Shown here: one piece after another, positions 1 through 13,120 of the stretch
Numbering within the stretch: the first letter of the stretch is position 1
Layout: each line of letters opens with the position of its first letter
Source: the human T2T-CHM13v2.0 reference genome, Homo sapiens
Assembly (NCBI RefSeq): GCF_009914755.1
Contig: NC_060947.1
DNA: 64,000 nucleotides
Direction: 5' to 3' (one strand)
Position numbers and translations under genes: made by a program
Notes under the pieces: model-generated
Seen by the model: only the letters and a program-made list of their open reading frames with translations
What the model was told of the DNA's origin: nothing
Database searches by the model: none

Positions 1-247
1 TTAATTTATTTTTTCTTCAAGTCTCCTACTTCTTAATTTTCTAACCCAAGTGTTGGCATGCCATAATATTTGCCAAATCAGTAGGTTAAAAATAGCATTT
101 TCCTTGTGTTTAAACTTTAATTTTCTTTGATTTCCTGGTGAGGTTGAACATTTTCCATATTTGTATTAATTTACAATTGTTTTCTCATTCATCATTTGTC
201 TTTTGCCATTTTAAAAAATATTAGATGTTGATTATTTTCTCTGTTGA

Positions 248-705
248 TTCCCCTTCTTTCCTTCCTCCCTCCCTTCCTTCCTCCCTCCCTCCTTTCCTCC
301 CTTCCTCCCTCCCTCCCTCCCTCCTTTCCTCCCTTCCTTCCCTTCCTTTTCTTCCTTTCCTTCCTTTCCTCCTTTCTCTCCATCTTCTTTCTTCCTTCCC
401 TTCCTTCTTCCCTCCCTCTCTTCCTTTTTTCTCTCTCCTGCCTTCCTCCTTCCTTTTTTCCTCCTCACCTTTTCTCTCTCTCCTTCTTTCATTCCTTCAT
501 TTTTCCTTCCTTCCTTCCCTTCTTTCTTCCTTTCTTCCCTCTCTCTCCCTCCTTTCTCCCTCTTTCCTCCTAACTTCCTCTCTCCCTGCCTTCCTTTCTT
601 TCCATCCCTTCTTCCCTCCTCCCCTCCTTCCTTCCTCTTTGCTTGCCTCCCTTTTTTTCCTTCCTTTCCCTTATTCCTCCCTCCTTCGCTCTCTCTCTTG
701 CTCCC
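248..705. repeat. ~450-bp polypyrimidine low-complexity tract (CCTT/CCCT/CT)
   Basis: Nearly pure C/T on the + strand. Confidence 0.95.
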
Positions 706-1364
706 TAATCAGTTACTTATGATATCCTTCTCCACTCTGAGACCATGGATAGTCATGATTGTTTTGCTGACCTGCTTTGTGGCCCCACATGGCCCTAGGC
801 CAGGTGCTTCTGTTGCCTGTTGTTGTAGACACACTGGTGGGCTTGGGCATGTGTGGTACCCAGACTCCATGGACAACGGAAGAAGAAATATAAGATTTGG
901 AGTTGTTAGTAAAATAGACTTTTGGGCAATTGCACAATCATCCATGCTAGCACAGGAAAGCTCTTAGCAGGTGTTTCTCCTTCCAGTTTACTTTGAAAGA
1001 AGAGGGGCTTTCCCTGCCTACACACCAACATCCTGGTTTCATAGTGAGGAAGAGAAAGAATGGGAATGTAATTATTGCAATTATTATTCATCACGTTTTG
1101 TTGTTCCCCCCAAGCTAAAAGTGACAACTCTATGCTGTGGTTCTTTGGGGATATTACATGTGAGAGTGCAACCACAGAAAATCACATCAATTAGGCATGA
1201 AGGCTTTCTCCCCATACTGACTAGCAGCTTGCTTGGGAGCAGAGACCTTCAGCTTGAGGAGCAAATAGTGGGCACTCAGTGTATTCACTGACTTTATTCA
1301 GGGGCCAATGCAACTGTGTCTGGAGGGGTTGGCTGGTATAAAACTGTAGGTTGGAAATTATTTG

Positions 1365-1697
1365 GTTTTCTTTTTCTTTTTCTTTTTCTTTTCTTTTCTT
1401 TCGTTTTCTTTTCTTTTCTTTTTTCTTTTTTTTTTTTTTTGAGACAGTTTCTTGCTCTGTTGCAAGAGCAAGGCACTCCTGGCTGGAGTGCAGTGATGCG
1501 ATCATAGCAATCTCTTCCTCCTGGGCTCAAGTGGTCCTCTCACACACCACCACCATACCTGGCTAATTAAAAAACAAATTGTAGAGACAAGGTCTCGCTA
1601 TATTGCCCAGTCTGGTCTGGAGCTCCCAGGCTCAAGCAATCTTCCTGCCTCAGCCTCACAACATGCTGGGATTACAGGTGTGAGCCACCACTCTCGG
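1365..1697 (-). mobile_element. Alu (old, AluJ-like) with T-rich tail
   Basis: polyT then gagacag...ctggagtgcagtg...gctgggattacaggtgtgagccacc. Confidence 0.85.
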
Positions 1698-2707
1698 TGG
1701 AAATCATTTTTCCTCTGGATTTCACAGTCATTGCATAATTGTCTTGTACCACTCAGGGTAAAGGCCAAAGCCGTGATTTGATTGTATGTAACCCATCCAC
1801 CCACTGCACCCCCTATGCACTTAGGATTTTGTCTTGGTCCTCTGTATCCTAAGGTTCCATGAAAATGGGCTTTGCTCTGGGTTTATATTCCTTCATCGTT
1901 TTGGGCCCCCAGGCCTGTTCAATACTGAGATTCATGCCCTTCAGTTCTAAAACTATATTTTGTTTTATTGCTTTGGTAATCTCTTGCTCTCTCTCAGTCT
2001 CTTCCTCTGGAATATCTATTAGCTGAAGATTGGGACCTGGTTATGATATCCTAATTTTCATGTCTTTTCTCTCCTGTTATCAATCACCTTGGCTTTTTGT
2101 TCCAGTTCTCTTTGAGATGTCCTCACCTTGATCTTCGCAGCATTCTGCTGAATTACTTCATTTATCATGTTCCGCATGCCCAAAAGTTCTATTTTGTTCT
2201 CTAAATGTACTTTTCTCATACCATCCTTTTATTATTTATTTACTTATTGATCAATCTTTTCTTTTCTTTTTTTGGTTCTTTGATCGCTGTCCATATATGA
2301 CCAGCCATATGACATTGCTGATAGTTAACCATACTTTATCTGCAAAAATGGCTATTTCAAATGATTCATCCTATTTGATAAAGAGATGTTATCTCACTTA
2401 TCAATAATGAAAACCCTTCTTTTTCATTCCAAACCAACATAGAGCTGTGTGATCCAAGGGCCTTAAATAAGAGGCATGCAGGTATCTGTATGCATAAAAT
2501 TTAAATCTTAATTTAAGGAAGTACTAACCTGAAAGCTATGCTGAAGGATTTTTGTTGTGAATTTGATTATTATTAGATACATCATCTCGATCCAATGGTC
2601 ATCAGAGGGAAAAAACAGTTACTTAGTTTTGGTTTGGCAGACACAATTGATATTCTTTTTCTGTACTCCATTTTAATAGCTTAAAGTTTTCATTAAAAAT
2701 TACACCT

Positions 2708-2985
2708 TGGGCTTGGGGGGCAATGGCTCATGCCTACAATTCCAGCACTTTGGGAGGCCAAGGAGGGTGGATTGCTTGAGCCCATGAGTTGGAGACCAGC
2801 CTAGGGAACATGGTGAAACTCCATCTCTACTAAAAATAAAAAAGTCACTTGTCATCTCAATTACTCAGGAGGCTGAGGTGGGAGGATCCCTCAAGCCTGG
2901 GAGGAGGGGGTTCCAGTGAGCTGAGATTGTACCACTGCACTTCAGCCTGGGCAACTGAGTGGCACCCTGTCTTTAAAAAAAAAAA
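2708..2985 (+). mobile_element. Alu (diverged)
   Basis: gctcatgcctacaattccagcactttgggaggc...A tail. Confidence 0.85.
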
Positions 2986-4519
2986 TTACACTTATTCTCT
3001 CATGCAAAGGAAACACATTTTAAAGAGTTGCTGATTGATTTTTCTGCATTGCCCAGGAGTTGCATTTTTATTCAAGAAGTAACAACTAGCACCCTGTCCT
3101 CAAATCTCTTTTGCATTGCCGACATGAATTTGTTGGCATTGTCTTCAAGCATTTCCAGGATATGTGCAAGTTACAGGGATTTAGATTGTACCTGGAAGTA
3201 CAGGATTGGAGAATGGTGGTTAAGCTTTAACAATTCAGTCAAGAAATTCTTTGTTATGAACACTTTTAGGCAGGGAGGAAGTTTAGAGTTTTCCATATTG
3301 ATTGGATTTATACATATTAATTTTTTTCTAAATGATGTCATAAAAGGGTCTTTTAGGTAATGATGAAATAACCAAGTCCCAGTAGGAAGGTTTCACCATA
3401 TAGTACAATGTAATGATAGGGAAATTCAGAGTTCAAAGTATTTTAATGTCATAAACCAATTTTGAGCTTTAATGGAAGAAGGATCATTATGCACAAATGA
3501 AATTGCATATATATTTTGTTATGTTTTTGTAAAATCATTCATAATTATAAACTGGTCAGGAACTTCACAAGTAACTGAAGAATTATACTATAACTTGACA
3601 GAAAGAATCGGCTATTCGATAGCAGGCTCAGGGGTACACATACCTTTTTAATATCATGACTTGTCCACAAATTGATGTGTGAAACAATTTTCCCTGTTGT
3701 ACTCTGCTTTAGGAGATGAGATGATTGTAGGGGGCAAAAGAATGGTTTCCCAGCCTCCTGGTTTGCAGGACAGCAGAAAAAACAGCCATTCAGTTGGATG
3801 TTATTGGAATCAACAACAAAGAGACTGAAATGCTCATTTATCTATTACGGTAAAATCCAACATTTGCTTCACATACGGTGATACAAAGCAATAGCATTTG
3901 CCGTGGTATTTGAAATACAGTAAAAATATGAGTTAACAAAACTTGGGCATTAAGCTATTTCTCTCCAAGAGATAATGAGTGTTTCTTATTCTTCAACCCT
4001 TTATACTTTATTTTTTAAAAGTGTCTTTGTTTTTAAAGAAAAGAGATATGCTTATTGTAAAAAAATCCAAAAATCAGAAAAGCATAGAAAAGAAGCATAT
4101 GATAGTCTATACTCACCATGGAAACAGTTTACAGATATAATTCCAGAATTTTCTATGTGTAATATATAGAAATGGCAGGTTACTATTCATTCCACTTTAT
4201 AATTTTCTTTAAATATTTTGTGTTGATATAATTATAGACTCACAAGTAGTTATGAAAAAATGGTACAGAGGAGTCTCTCCTACCCTTTACCCTGTCTTCT
4301 CCAGTGATAACAAAAACTGCTGTTTTTCAGCAGATCTTTTTTCTTGTATTTCTAGACTTGGAAACTCCTCAGTAGATTCAAATAATTTCTGTCTCCACCT
4401 CCCTTCTTCCTCTCTCCCTTTCTTCTTTCTTTCCTACCTTCCTTCCTCCTTCCTTATATTTTTCCTTTCCTTTCTGTAATTTCCAAACACTGCTATAACA
4501 CGTTATAGTGAACTGAGTG

Positions 4520-4935
4520 GGTTAAAACTATGTAAAACAATATAACCTTACAGTTCGGGAAGTCTTAAGCACAAAGTGGGTTTCACTGTCCTAAAATCAT
4601 GGTGTGGGCAGGGCTGCTTTCTTTTCTGGAGGCTCTAGGGGTTGAATTCCTCTTCTTGCCTTCTCTGGCTTCTAGAGGGCACCTACCTTCCGGGCTGCTG
4701 GGCCCTTCCTCCATCTTCAAGGCTGGCAGCATAGTGTCTTCCAGTCTCTCCCCACCTCCTTCTTAGAGGGGCCTTTGTGATGACAGTGGGCCCACCTGGC
4801 TAATCCAGGAAGTTCTTCCCATCTCAAGATCCTTCATGGCACTTGCCAAGTGCCCTTTGCCATGTAAGGTAAAGTGTGAGGTGCCAGGGATCAGGCTGTG
4901 GGCGCCTCGGGCCTGACCATTACTTAGCCCACAAC
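4520..4935. mobile_element. MaLR LTR remnant (MLT1-like)
   Basis: ttctggaggctctagggg...ggcccttcctccatcttcaagg...ctaatccagga motifs. Confidence 0.6.
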
Positions 4936-5399
4936 ACGTCCCTTTCTTCTTTCTGTTTTGGGACTGGACCATCCAGCCAATAGATTCTGGGCCTTTTTTA
5001 CATGTAGGGGTGGTGCCAGATCTTCCATAGCAGGTAACATTAAGTTGTAGTTCAATCAATATTTGTAGATGGAATTAAAAACTGAATTGCAATACAAAGA
5101 TTAATACCACAGATTTTAAAAAATATTTATTTTCATATTATGTATTTTATATATAATTTTATATATAAATGCATATATATGTATTTATAGAAATATATAT
5201 TTTTATACTTACTATTATATAGTATAAATGTTTTATTTTAAATAAATATTTATTTAAATATTAATATATTTAGTTAAAATATATAATTAAAAATGAAAAA
5301 AATTATTTTTAATATAATTTAAAAATGAATTCGAATACAGATGAATACCACAGATTTAAAAAAATATTTATTTTCATATTATTTATTTTATATATTTTA

Positions 5400-6165
5400 T
5401 TTTTATTTTTATTTTTATTTTTATTTTTAAATTTTTTTCTTTTGTATTCCTTCTAAAAAAAACTGGGATACATGTGCAGAACGTGCAGGTTAGTTACATA
5501 GGATACATGTGCCATGGTGGTTTGCTGCACCTATTGACCCATCCTCTAAGTTTCTTCCCGTCACCCCCACCCCCAAATAGGCCCTGGTGTGTGTTGTTCC
5601 CCTCTCTGTGTCCATGTGTTCTCAATGTTCAACTCCCACTTATGAGTGAGAACATGCGGTGTTTGGTTTTCTGTTCCTGTGTTAGTTTGCTGAGGATGAC
5701 GGCTTCCAGCTTCACCTGTGTCCCTGCAAAGGACATGATCTTATTCCTTTTTATGGCTGTGTAGTATTCCATGATGTATATGTACCACTTTTCTTTATCC
5801 AGTCTATCATTGATGGGCATTTGGGTTGGTTCCATGTCTTTGTTATTGTAAATAGTGTTGCAGTAAACATACATGTGCATGTGTCTTTATAGTAGAGTGA
5901 TTTATATTCCTTTGGGTATATACCCAGTAATGGGATTACTGGGTCAAATCGCATTTCTGGTTCTAGATCCTTGAGGAATCACCACACTGTTTTCCACAAT
6001 GGTTGAACTAATTTACGTTCCCACCAACAGTGTAAAAGTGTTCCTATTTCCCCACAGCCTCACCAGCATCTGTTGTTTCCTGACTTTTTAACAATTGCCA
6101 TTCCGACTGGTGTGAGATGGTATCTCATTGTGGTTTTGATTTGCATTTTTCTGATGATCAGAGAA
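5400..6165 (-). mobile_element. L1PA 3' end fragment
   Basis: T-rich tail, catgtgcagaacgtgcaggtt...tatgagtgagaacatgcgg; ORF2 C-terminal remnant ([25 protein letters not shown]) on the - strand. Confidence 0.92.
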
Positions 6166-6949
6166 TATGCATTTACTTATATATATCTATACACACACAC
6201 GTATTCATAGAAATATAAAATATTTATATATTTATACAATTATACAATATAAATGTTTTATTTTAAATAAATTTTTAAATATTAAATATATATTTATAAA
6301 AAATAGATGTATGTATAATAAATAATAAACACTTAATACATATTAAATATATAAATTGATGTATTTATATTTATACATAAATGAATAAATATTTTTATAT
6401 TAAATGTATAATTATAAATAAATCAATGTATATATAAATGTATATTTAATATATACTAGGTGTTATATGTTGAAATATATATTAAATCTATAAATAATAT
6501 TCCTTTTAATACTTTATAATATTTTAATAATAACTTTTTAGGTAAAATATGCAAATAAATTTCTAAACCAAATATCCCAGCCTGAGATCTCTAGCTTTGG
6601 ATAGAAAAGCATTTACTTTTTAGCAAAATTAATTTTTTTAAGTGAAAAATTAAAATTATGTATATTTAGGGTATACAACATGACATTTTGTTTTTTATAT
6701 ATATATGTATGTATGTACATTATGGAATGGCTAAATGAAGCTACTTAGCATGTGCATTACCTGACATACTTTGTGGGGAGAACACTTATAATCTACTGTT
6801 TTGTAATTTTCAAATATCCAATGTGTTGTTATTCACTACACATGAATGTTGTAGTCACCATGTTGTAGGAAAGATCTCTGGAACTCTTGCTCCTAAGTGA
6901 AACTTTGTATCCTTAGACCAACATCTCCCCAATGAAAAACACTTACTTT

Positions 6950-7270
6950 AATATTCACTCCACTGTATTCATTTTCTATTGCTCCATAGCACACAGTGGC
7001 TGGCAACAACACCTGTGTATCTTCTCTTTGGGCTCAGGAGTCCAAGCAAGGACAGACTTTACCCTGCTCAGGGGATCGCCAGGATGAAATCAGGGTGCCA
7101 GCTACGTTGTGTTCTCCCCTGAGCCTCCCGGTGCTATTCCAAATTCAGTGCATGTTGGTAGAACTCAGTTCCTTGAGGTTCTGGGACTGAGGTCCCCATT
7201 TTCTTACTGCTGGAAGTCCTGGGCCACTAGTAATTTCTAGGTCTGTGGACCCCACAGGAAGTTCACATCA
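6950..7270. mobile_element. MaLR LTR remnant (MLT1-like)
   Basis: gaaatcagggtgccagct...gtagaactcagttccttgagg..gactgaggtcccc. Confidence 0.5.
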
Positions 7271-7971
7271 TCACCGTCAGCTTCTTTGTGGGCACCAGTT
7301 GGTGTCCAGCATCTCTGTCCGACTTCTGGCCATCTTAGAATTCTGCCTACTACTCCCACAAATTTTTCTGGGTTGGCTTGGCCTTGCCCCTTGTAGAAAG
7401 TTGCTCTGCAGGGAAACCACTCTCTTTGTTTTTCCAACCAGTATTTCTCATGTTCCACAATGTGAGTATATCTGTGAGATGCTCCAGTTTCCTGGGACAC
7501 CTATCATTTTGCTAAGATTTCCAACAGGCATCAAAGTCTCTACTGGTGGGCTTTGAGGAGAAGGCTGACCTGTTCTTATGCCCCAGAGGCACTGCCTATC
7601 TTTCTTTATTTTTTAATCTCAGGGCCAGAGTCATCCCTGCCCTGCCCAAAATGGGAATAGGACATCTCTTCATAGAGATCAGAGCTACATATAAAAGCCA
7701 AACTGGGACTGAATCTAAACATCTGCATTTCCTTCCTCCTCCCCTTCCTTTCGGGACTTCCTGCTGCAGATCGCGGGAGCAGATACGTGTCAATGTATTC
7801 CTTCCCTTTGCAGCCTGTCCATTTGGGCCAGTCAGAATCATTCAGCAATGCATAAGAGAAGAAATATAATATGCGCTGATATCCAGGTGTATGCAAGTGA
7901 TAATATGGCTAATGGAAGATGTGAATTGAGAAGGGGATGTGGTTATTAATGATTACTTATGAAAGAATTCT

Positions 7972-8290
<319 letters not shown>

Positions 8291-8699
8291 TCTGTCTCAA
8301 GATACTAGGGACGCTAAAAGTTTGCTGTTTATAAAGGGGATTTTATACAATGCGTACCTTTGACTTTGTGCCTTCTTGCCCCAGGAGTTACTCCTTTTAA
8401 ATAGATAGCTCATCTACAGATCCTGCAGATAATCCTTCTGGTATAACCAGAATACGTAGTTATTTATACATATATGTCCCATAATTTTTTCCTTTCAAGG
8501 TAATTGATGAATTATACTAAACAAACAATTTTCTGGCTGACAAGTACTGTACTTTAGTGAATTTGCTTGATTAAATTGTAATAATGAAATTAAATTTTAT
8601 GCTTGCTGTGTGTCTACAAATGCAGTTCCTGTTGAAAATGAGACAATCTGAAGTGCCTTCTAATGGACATCCCACTTCCTTAATGTTTCTTTTGTATGT

Positions 8700-9435
8700 G
8701 TAAGGGAGAAAGTCTAATGTCTGTTCTTTCCCTCATAGATTCTTAGTTGAGACACTCTCCTGAAAATAAAAGTCAGATTCACAAAAGAAAAACTGTTGAG
8801 CCCAGACTGGTCTCAAACTAGCCTCAAGCGATCCTCCTTCCCTGACCTCCCAAAGTACCATGATTACAGGTGTGAGCCACCACCGCCAGCCTAGATTAAC
8901 AGTCTTTAAAGTAGATATGCTGGGATAGGTGAGAGGAAGTGAAAAGCCAACTGGGACACACAAAAACAGCCAGGAGCAGCCTAGGAGGATGACATATATT
9001 CTACCCATCACACAGGAGAGGCCTCAGTTCAAAAATACTTCTCTCTCAAGGCAGTGGCTTAGGGGCCTTGCTCAAATAGGATTTTAACAAAGAGCCATAA
9101 ATCCTATGTACTGACAAGACACAGAGGAGAACATCTGCAGGCTACCAAAAGGTAAATTTCTGGAAAGAGTAAAATCTGCCTCTAGCTGCTGTAGTGCTGT
9201 CTCTGAGCTAATAGGCGAGAGTTGTAAAGGGGACCATCTTTCGGTGGGAAAGGCAGGCAGGAGGGCAGGAAGGTGGCAAAGGCAGACAGGTGGACAGAAG
9301 ACCTTGTCTTTGTAAATTGCTGTCTTGCTATGAGGAAGGCAGATGGAGGGGCAGTGTGTCCACTGCGTTTTAGGATTCTTCTTTTCAATCAATAATCCTC
9401 ATTATTTTAAAAAGGGATATTTTGGTTTCCTTCGT
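8700..9435 (-). mobile_element. ERV1-type LTR remnant interrupted by a 194-bp inverted copy of downstream DNA
   Basis: Ends resemble LTR termini (tgtaagggag... / ...atattttggtttccttc); subfamily not assigned. Confidence 0.45.
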
Positions 9436-9677
9436 GTGTAAAAACTGTATCCATCTCCAAGCTCAGGAAAGGAACAATTTACAGTCACCCTCCCAGGCTG
9501 CTCCTGACTGTTTTTGTGTGTCCCAGTTGGCTTTTCACTTCCTCTCACCTATCCCAGCATATCTACTTTAAAGACTGTTAATCTAGGCTGGCGGTGGTGG
9601 CTCACACCTGTAATCATGGTACTTTGGGAGGTCAGGGAAGGAGGATCACTTGAGGCTAGTTTGAGACCAGTCTGGGC
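8800..9677. repeat. Inverted repeat: arms 8800-8993 and 9484-9677 (194 bp, 4 mismatches), 490-bp spacer
   Basis: Manual reverse-complement alignment. Confidence 0.95.
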
Positions 9678-9890
9678 AACATACTAAGACCCTGTCTCTA
9701 GAAAAAAAATATTAAAAAGTTAGCCAGGCATGGTGGTACCTGCGTGTAGTCCCAGCTACTCAGGAGGCTGAGGCGGGAGGATTGCTTGAGTCTGGGATGG
9801 GAGGTTGAGGCTGCAGTGAGCTATGATCTCACCACTGTACCCCAGCCTGGGCCACAGAGCAAGACCCTGTCTGAAAACATAAAAATATAA
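9586..9890 (+). mobile_element. Alu (AluJ-like)
   Basis: ggctggcggtggtggctcacacctgtaatc...gcaagaccctgtct plus A-rich tail. Confidence 0.9.
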
Positions 9891-10334
9891 AAGATTGTAT
9901 TAATTGTCATCATCATTTATATAAAATGCAAAGCATGCCTGATACATGGTAGGAAGACAATAAACACTATTTACATGTTTTTCCCCCTTGAACATGTTCC
10001 CTTTTTCTGCTGAGTCACATTATTTTTTGACTGATTGCGGAGGGGGACCCCCAATGCAAAATTAGTAACTCTGGCAGCTTTCTCTATGTCTTCCTTTTCC
10101 TAACTTTTCCATAAAACCATTCCTCCAAAGCCTTCACATGGTCACAGTGGCCTTATTGTCTCTGATTAATCACAGTTGAAACTGGCTATCTAGAAAGAAT
10201 GACTAGCTGTCTTAATACTCTAATGGAAATCTGAGTCAGTACACTACTCCTGTTTTTTAAAATGTCTTCTCTTCCCTTGTGGAATGAAAGGAATTTACAC
10301 ATTACACATAATGAGAACAAGGTATTTTTATTTA

Positions 10335-10694
10335 TGCTTTTATTTCAATAGGTTTTTGGGAAACAGGTGGTGTTTGGTTACATGAGTCAGTTCTCTGGTG
10401 GTGATTTGTGAGATTTTGGTGCACCCATCACACCCGAGCAGTATACACTGAACCCTATTTGTAGTCTTATCACTCACCCCCTTCTCACCCTTTCCCCCTG
10501 AGTCCCCAAAGTCCATTGCATCATTCTTATGCCTTTGCATCCTCATAGCTTAGCTCCCACTTATGAGTGAGAACATACAATGTTTGATTTTCCATTTCTG
10601 AGTTACTTCACTTAGAATAATAGTCTCCAATCCCATCCAGGTTGCTGTGAATGCCATTAATTCATTCCTTTTTATGGCTGTGTAGTATTCCATC

Positions 10695-10727
<33 letters not shown>

Positions 10728-10887
10728 TACATATATACGTATATATATATTATATATGTATATATATATACGTATATATACATATATACGTATATATATA
10801 TTATATATGTATATATATAATATATATATACGTATATATGTATATATACACGTATATATGTATACGTATATATGTGTATATATATAC

Positions 10888-10934
<47 letters not shown>

Positions 10935-11085
10935 CACACCACAGTTTCTTTATCCACTCGTTGATTGATGGGCATTTGGGCTGGTTCCACATTTTTGCAA
11001 TTGCTAATTGTGTTGCTGTAAACATGAGTGTGCAAGTATCTTTTTTGTATAATGACTTCTTTAGCTCTGGGTAGATACCCAGGAG
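10335..11085 (-). mobile_element. L1PB-like 3' fragment with an internal (TA/TG/CA) microsatellite at ~10695-10938
   Basis: ttatgagtgagaacatacaatgtttg...; remnant [19 protein letters not shown] on the - strand. Confidence 0.88.
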
Positions 11086-12159
11086 TGAGAACAAGGTGTT
11101 TTGGAGGCAGACAAACCAGGGTTCCATTCAATGCTCCCCCTCTGGTATTCAACTTCTTCAAATCCTGGATAAATGTGGGGACCCTCTAAGCCTCACTTCT
11201 TGTGCAATGGGGAGAAAAACATTACCATCTAATATGGGGTGAGAAAGGAGTGATGCAGTTGTGGATTTAGGGCTCCTGATGAATGATACCTCCAGTGGAG
11301 ACTGGCCTGGATTGGAATCTTTCCTGTTATCCCTGGAACCCCTCTACCTATCCCCACCTGTTCTCTACCCTGGAAGAAGCCCAGGATGAACGGCATCCAT
11401 AGGCTGTCTTGCCTTTTCTGTTGTCCTGGTTGTTTCTGGCCAAGGAAAGTCAACAAATGAAAGGGAAAGGAGAACAAGGTTGGGGTTTTCATCTCCTCTG
11501 TTCCCTCCTGCAGGGTTGCCCAGGATTGCACCCTGCACTCCTCAAAGGTCATCACAAGCTCTGGGATCACTCCTTCGCCTTTGGGCCTGAGTGGTACCAG
11601 CCTCAGGGATGAGCCGTCTTCCTCCTCTTCCTGTCCACACTGCTGTTAGCTGTCTTTTCAGTAAATTCTCCTCTCATTGTCCTATATTCCATGTGTCTCT
11701 TCTTTTCTGCTGGGACCATGTGACCAATGCTAGGTCCTGCTTGGCACCCCCAGGGAAATGACAGCCTATTCACAGACCACAGGGCTGTCCACAGCAGAGG
11801 AACCAGAGGGCTAATTAGGAGCTCATGTGCATAGCAAACATATTGGAATGTGTTGCTCCTCCAAGCTGGTCAGAGACATTTGCCATAGTCACTGAGTCAT
11901 CAGTGGGGTTATCTGCCTTGCAACCTAACAGTGATACAACTGACATCTTAAGAGATGGAGCAGACATGCACCTGCACCCCCTTTTTATCAACATGATGGT
12001 GAATAAGTGACATGTGGCTTCCAATAGATGCAGAATAGCAGGATGCTACATCAAGGGCTGTGATTCTCTAGTCTTTAGGGGGTCTCCCAGGAAATTTTAT
12101 TTTATATAAAAATCAAACTTCAACAGGGCTGCAACTCCATTGGTCCAAAAGTCTCCCCG

Positions 12160-13120
12160 GTTGGTATCAAATAAAAAAACAACAAATGCAGACTTAGTAA
12201 GGAGGGACTTTTATTCAAAAAGCTTAATGCAAGAGGGAAAACACTCTAGGTCTGCAAGCCTCTCAAAGGCTAGGGGCAAAAATGGTTTTTCTTTTATGGA
12301 GAAGAGTAAACAAGGCTAGAAAACATAACAGGCACTGACCTTGAATTTAAGGGTGGCCTGATTAGACAGTAGATGAGAAAACATTTGCTCTGAGGCCAGA
12401 CTGTTCCCAGGAGGAAGTGCCTGCTCACTCAGACTGAGGATGGGCCCATGTTCAGGGTTCTGGGGGAAAGAGGGAAACTGATCCAACATTTGACTAGGGA
12501 GGACAAGTGGCTCAGCTAACTTATAACTGTTTATAAGACAAAGAATTAGGATTTAGAGGGTCTGTCTCTGTCCTATTAGACAAGGGACATCTGTGAGTCT
12601 TTTCTCAGTCATATGGGGAAGGGGGTTCTTTGCAATAAGCCATTTTCCAGAACACAAGGTGTGGGAGGATGTTAAGGAGTATTCAGTAGCACTTGATAAA
12701 GCACAGTAAGGAAGACTTTATTCAGGACCATCGCAACAGGTGCAGGGACCACAGCAATGGGGACTTGCAGTGGGGGAGAAAGATTGGGCTCAGATCTGAA
12801 TACAGCATGGGAAAGTGGGGATTCATAGCCACGGAATAGGGTGCCCATCAGTGGATGGAAAACTACTAAGAGGAAACACCAAGGGCCAGCGAGATTCCTC
12901 CTAACCGACCTAGCAGGATTCTAGCATAAGGCCAACCAGGTGACCACACATCCCCTGGGGGTGGTGGAGGCTGAGGAGCCTGATCCCTGATCAGATACTG
13001 AGGTTGAACAGATGGAGGGGGGGTCCAGTAGGGTGTTCTTGCTAAATTGACTTAACAGGCTTCTTGCTAAAACTGGATTTTACAAGCAAGTGCACAGATG
13101 GGCCTAGAAGAAGGTTGAAG
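12160..13120 (-). mobile_element. ERV1 LTR remnants (MER31/MER67-like in the 3' part)
   Basis: cttgctaaaactggattttacaagcaagtgcacagatgggcctag is the reverse complement of a recalled MER31-like 5' region. Confidence 0.55.

Noticed and set aside
192-722. Overlapping ORFs of 63-165 aa
   Set aside because: Products of the CT-rich low-complexity tract; no coding features
10550-11161. 203-aa and overlapping Y/I-rich ORFs
   Set aside because: Translation of the TA microsatellite plus L1 ORF2 remnant
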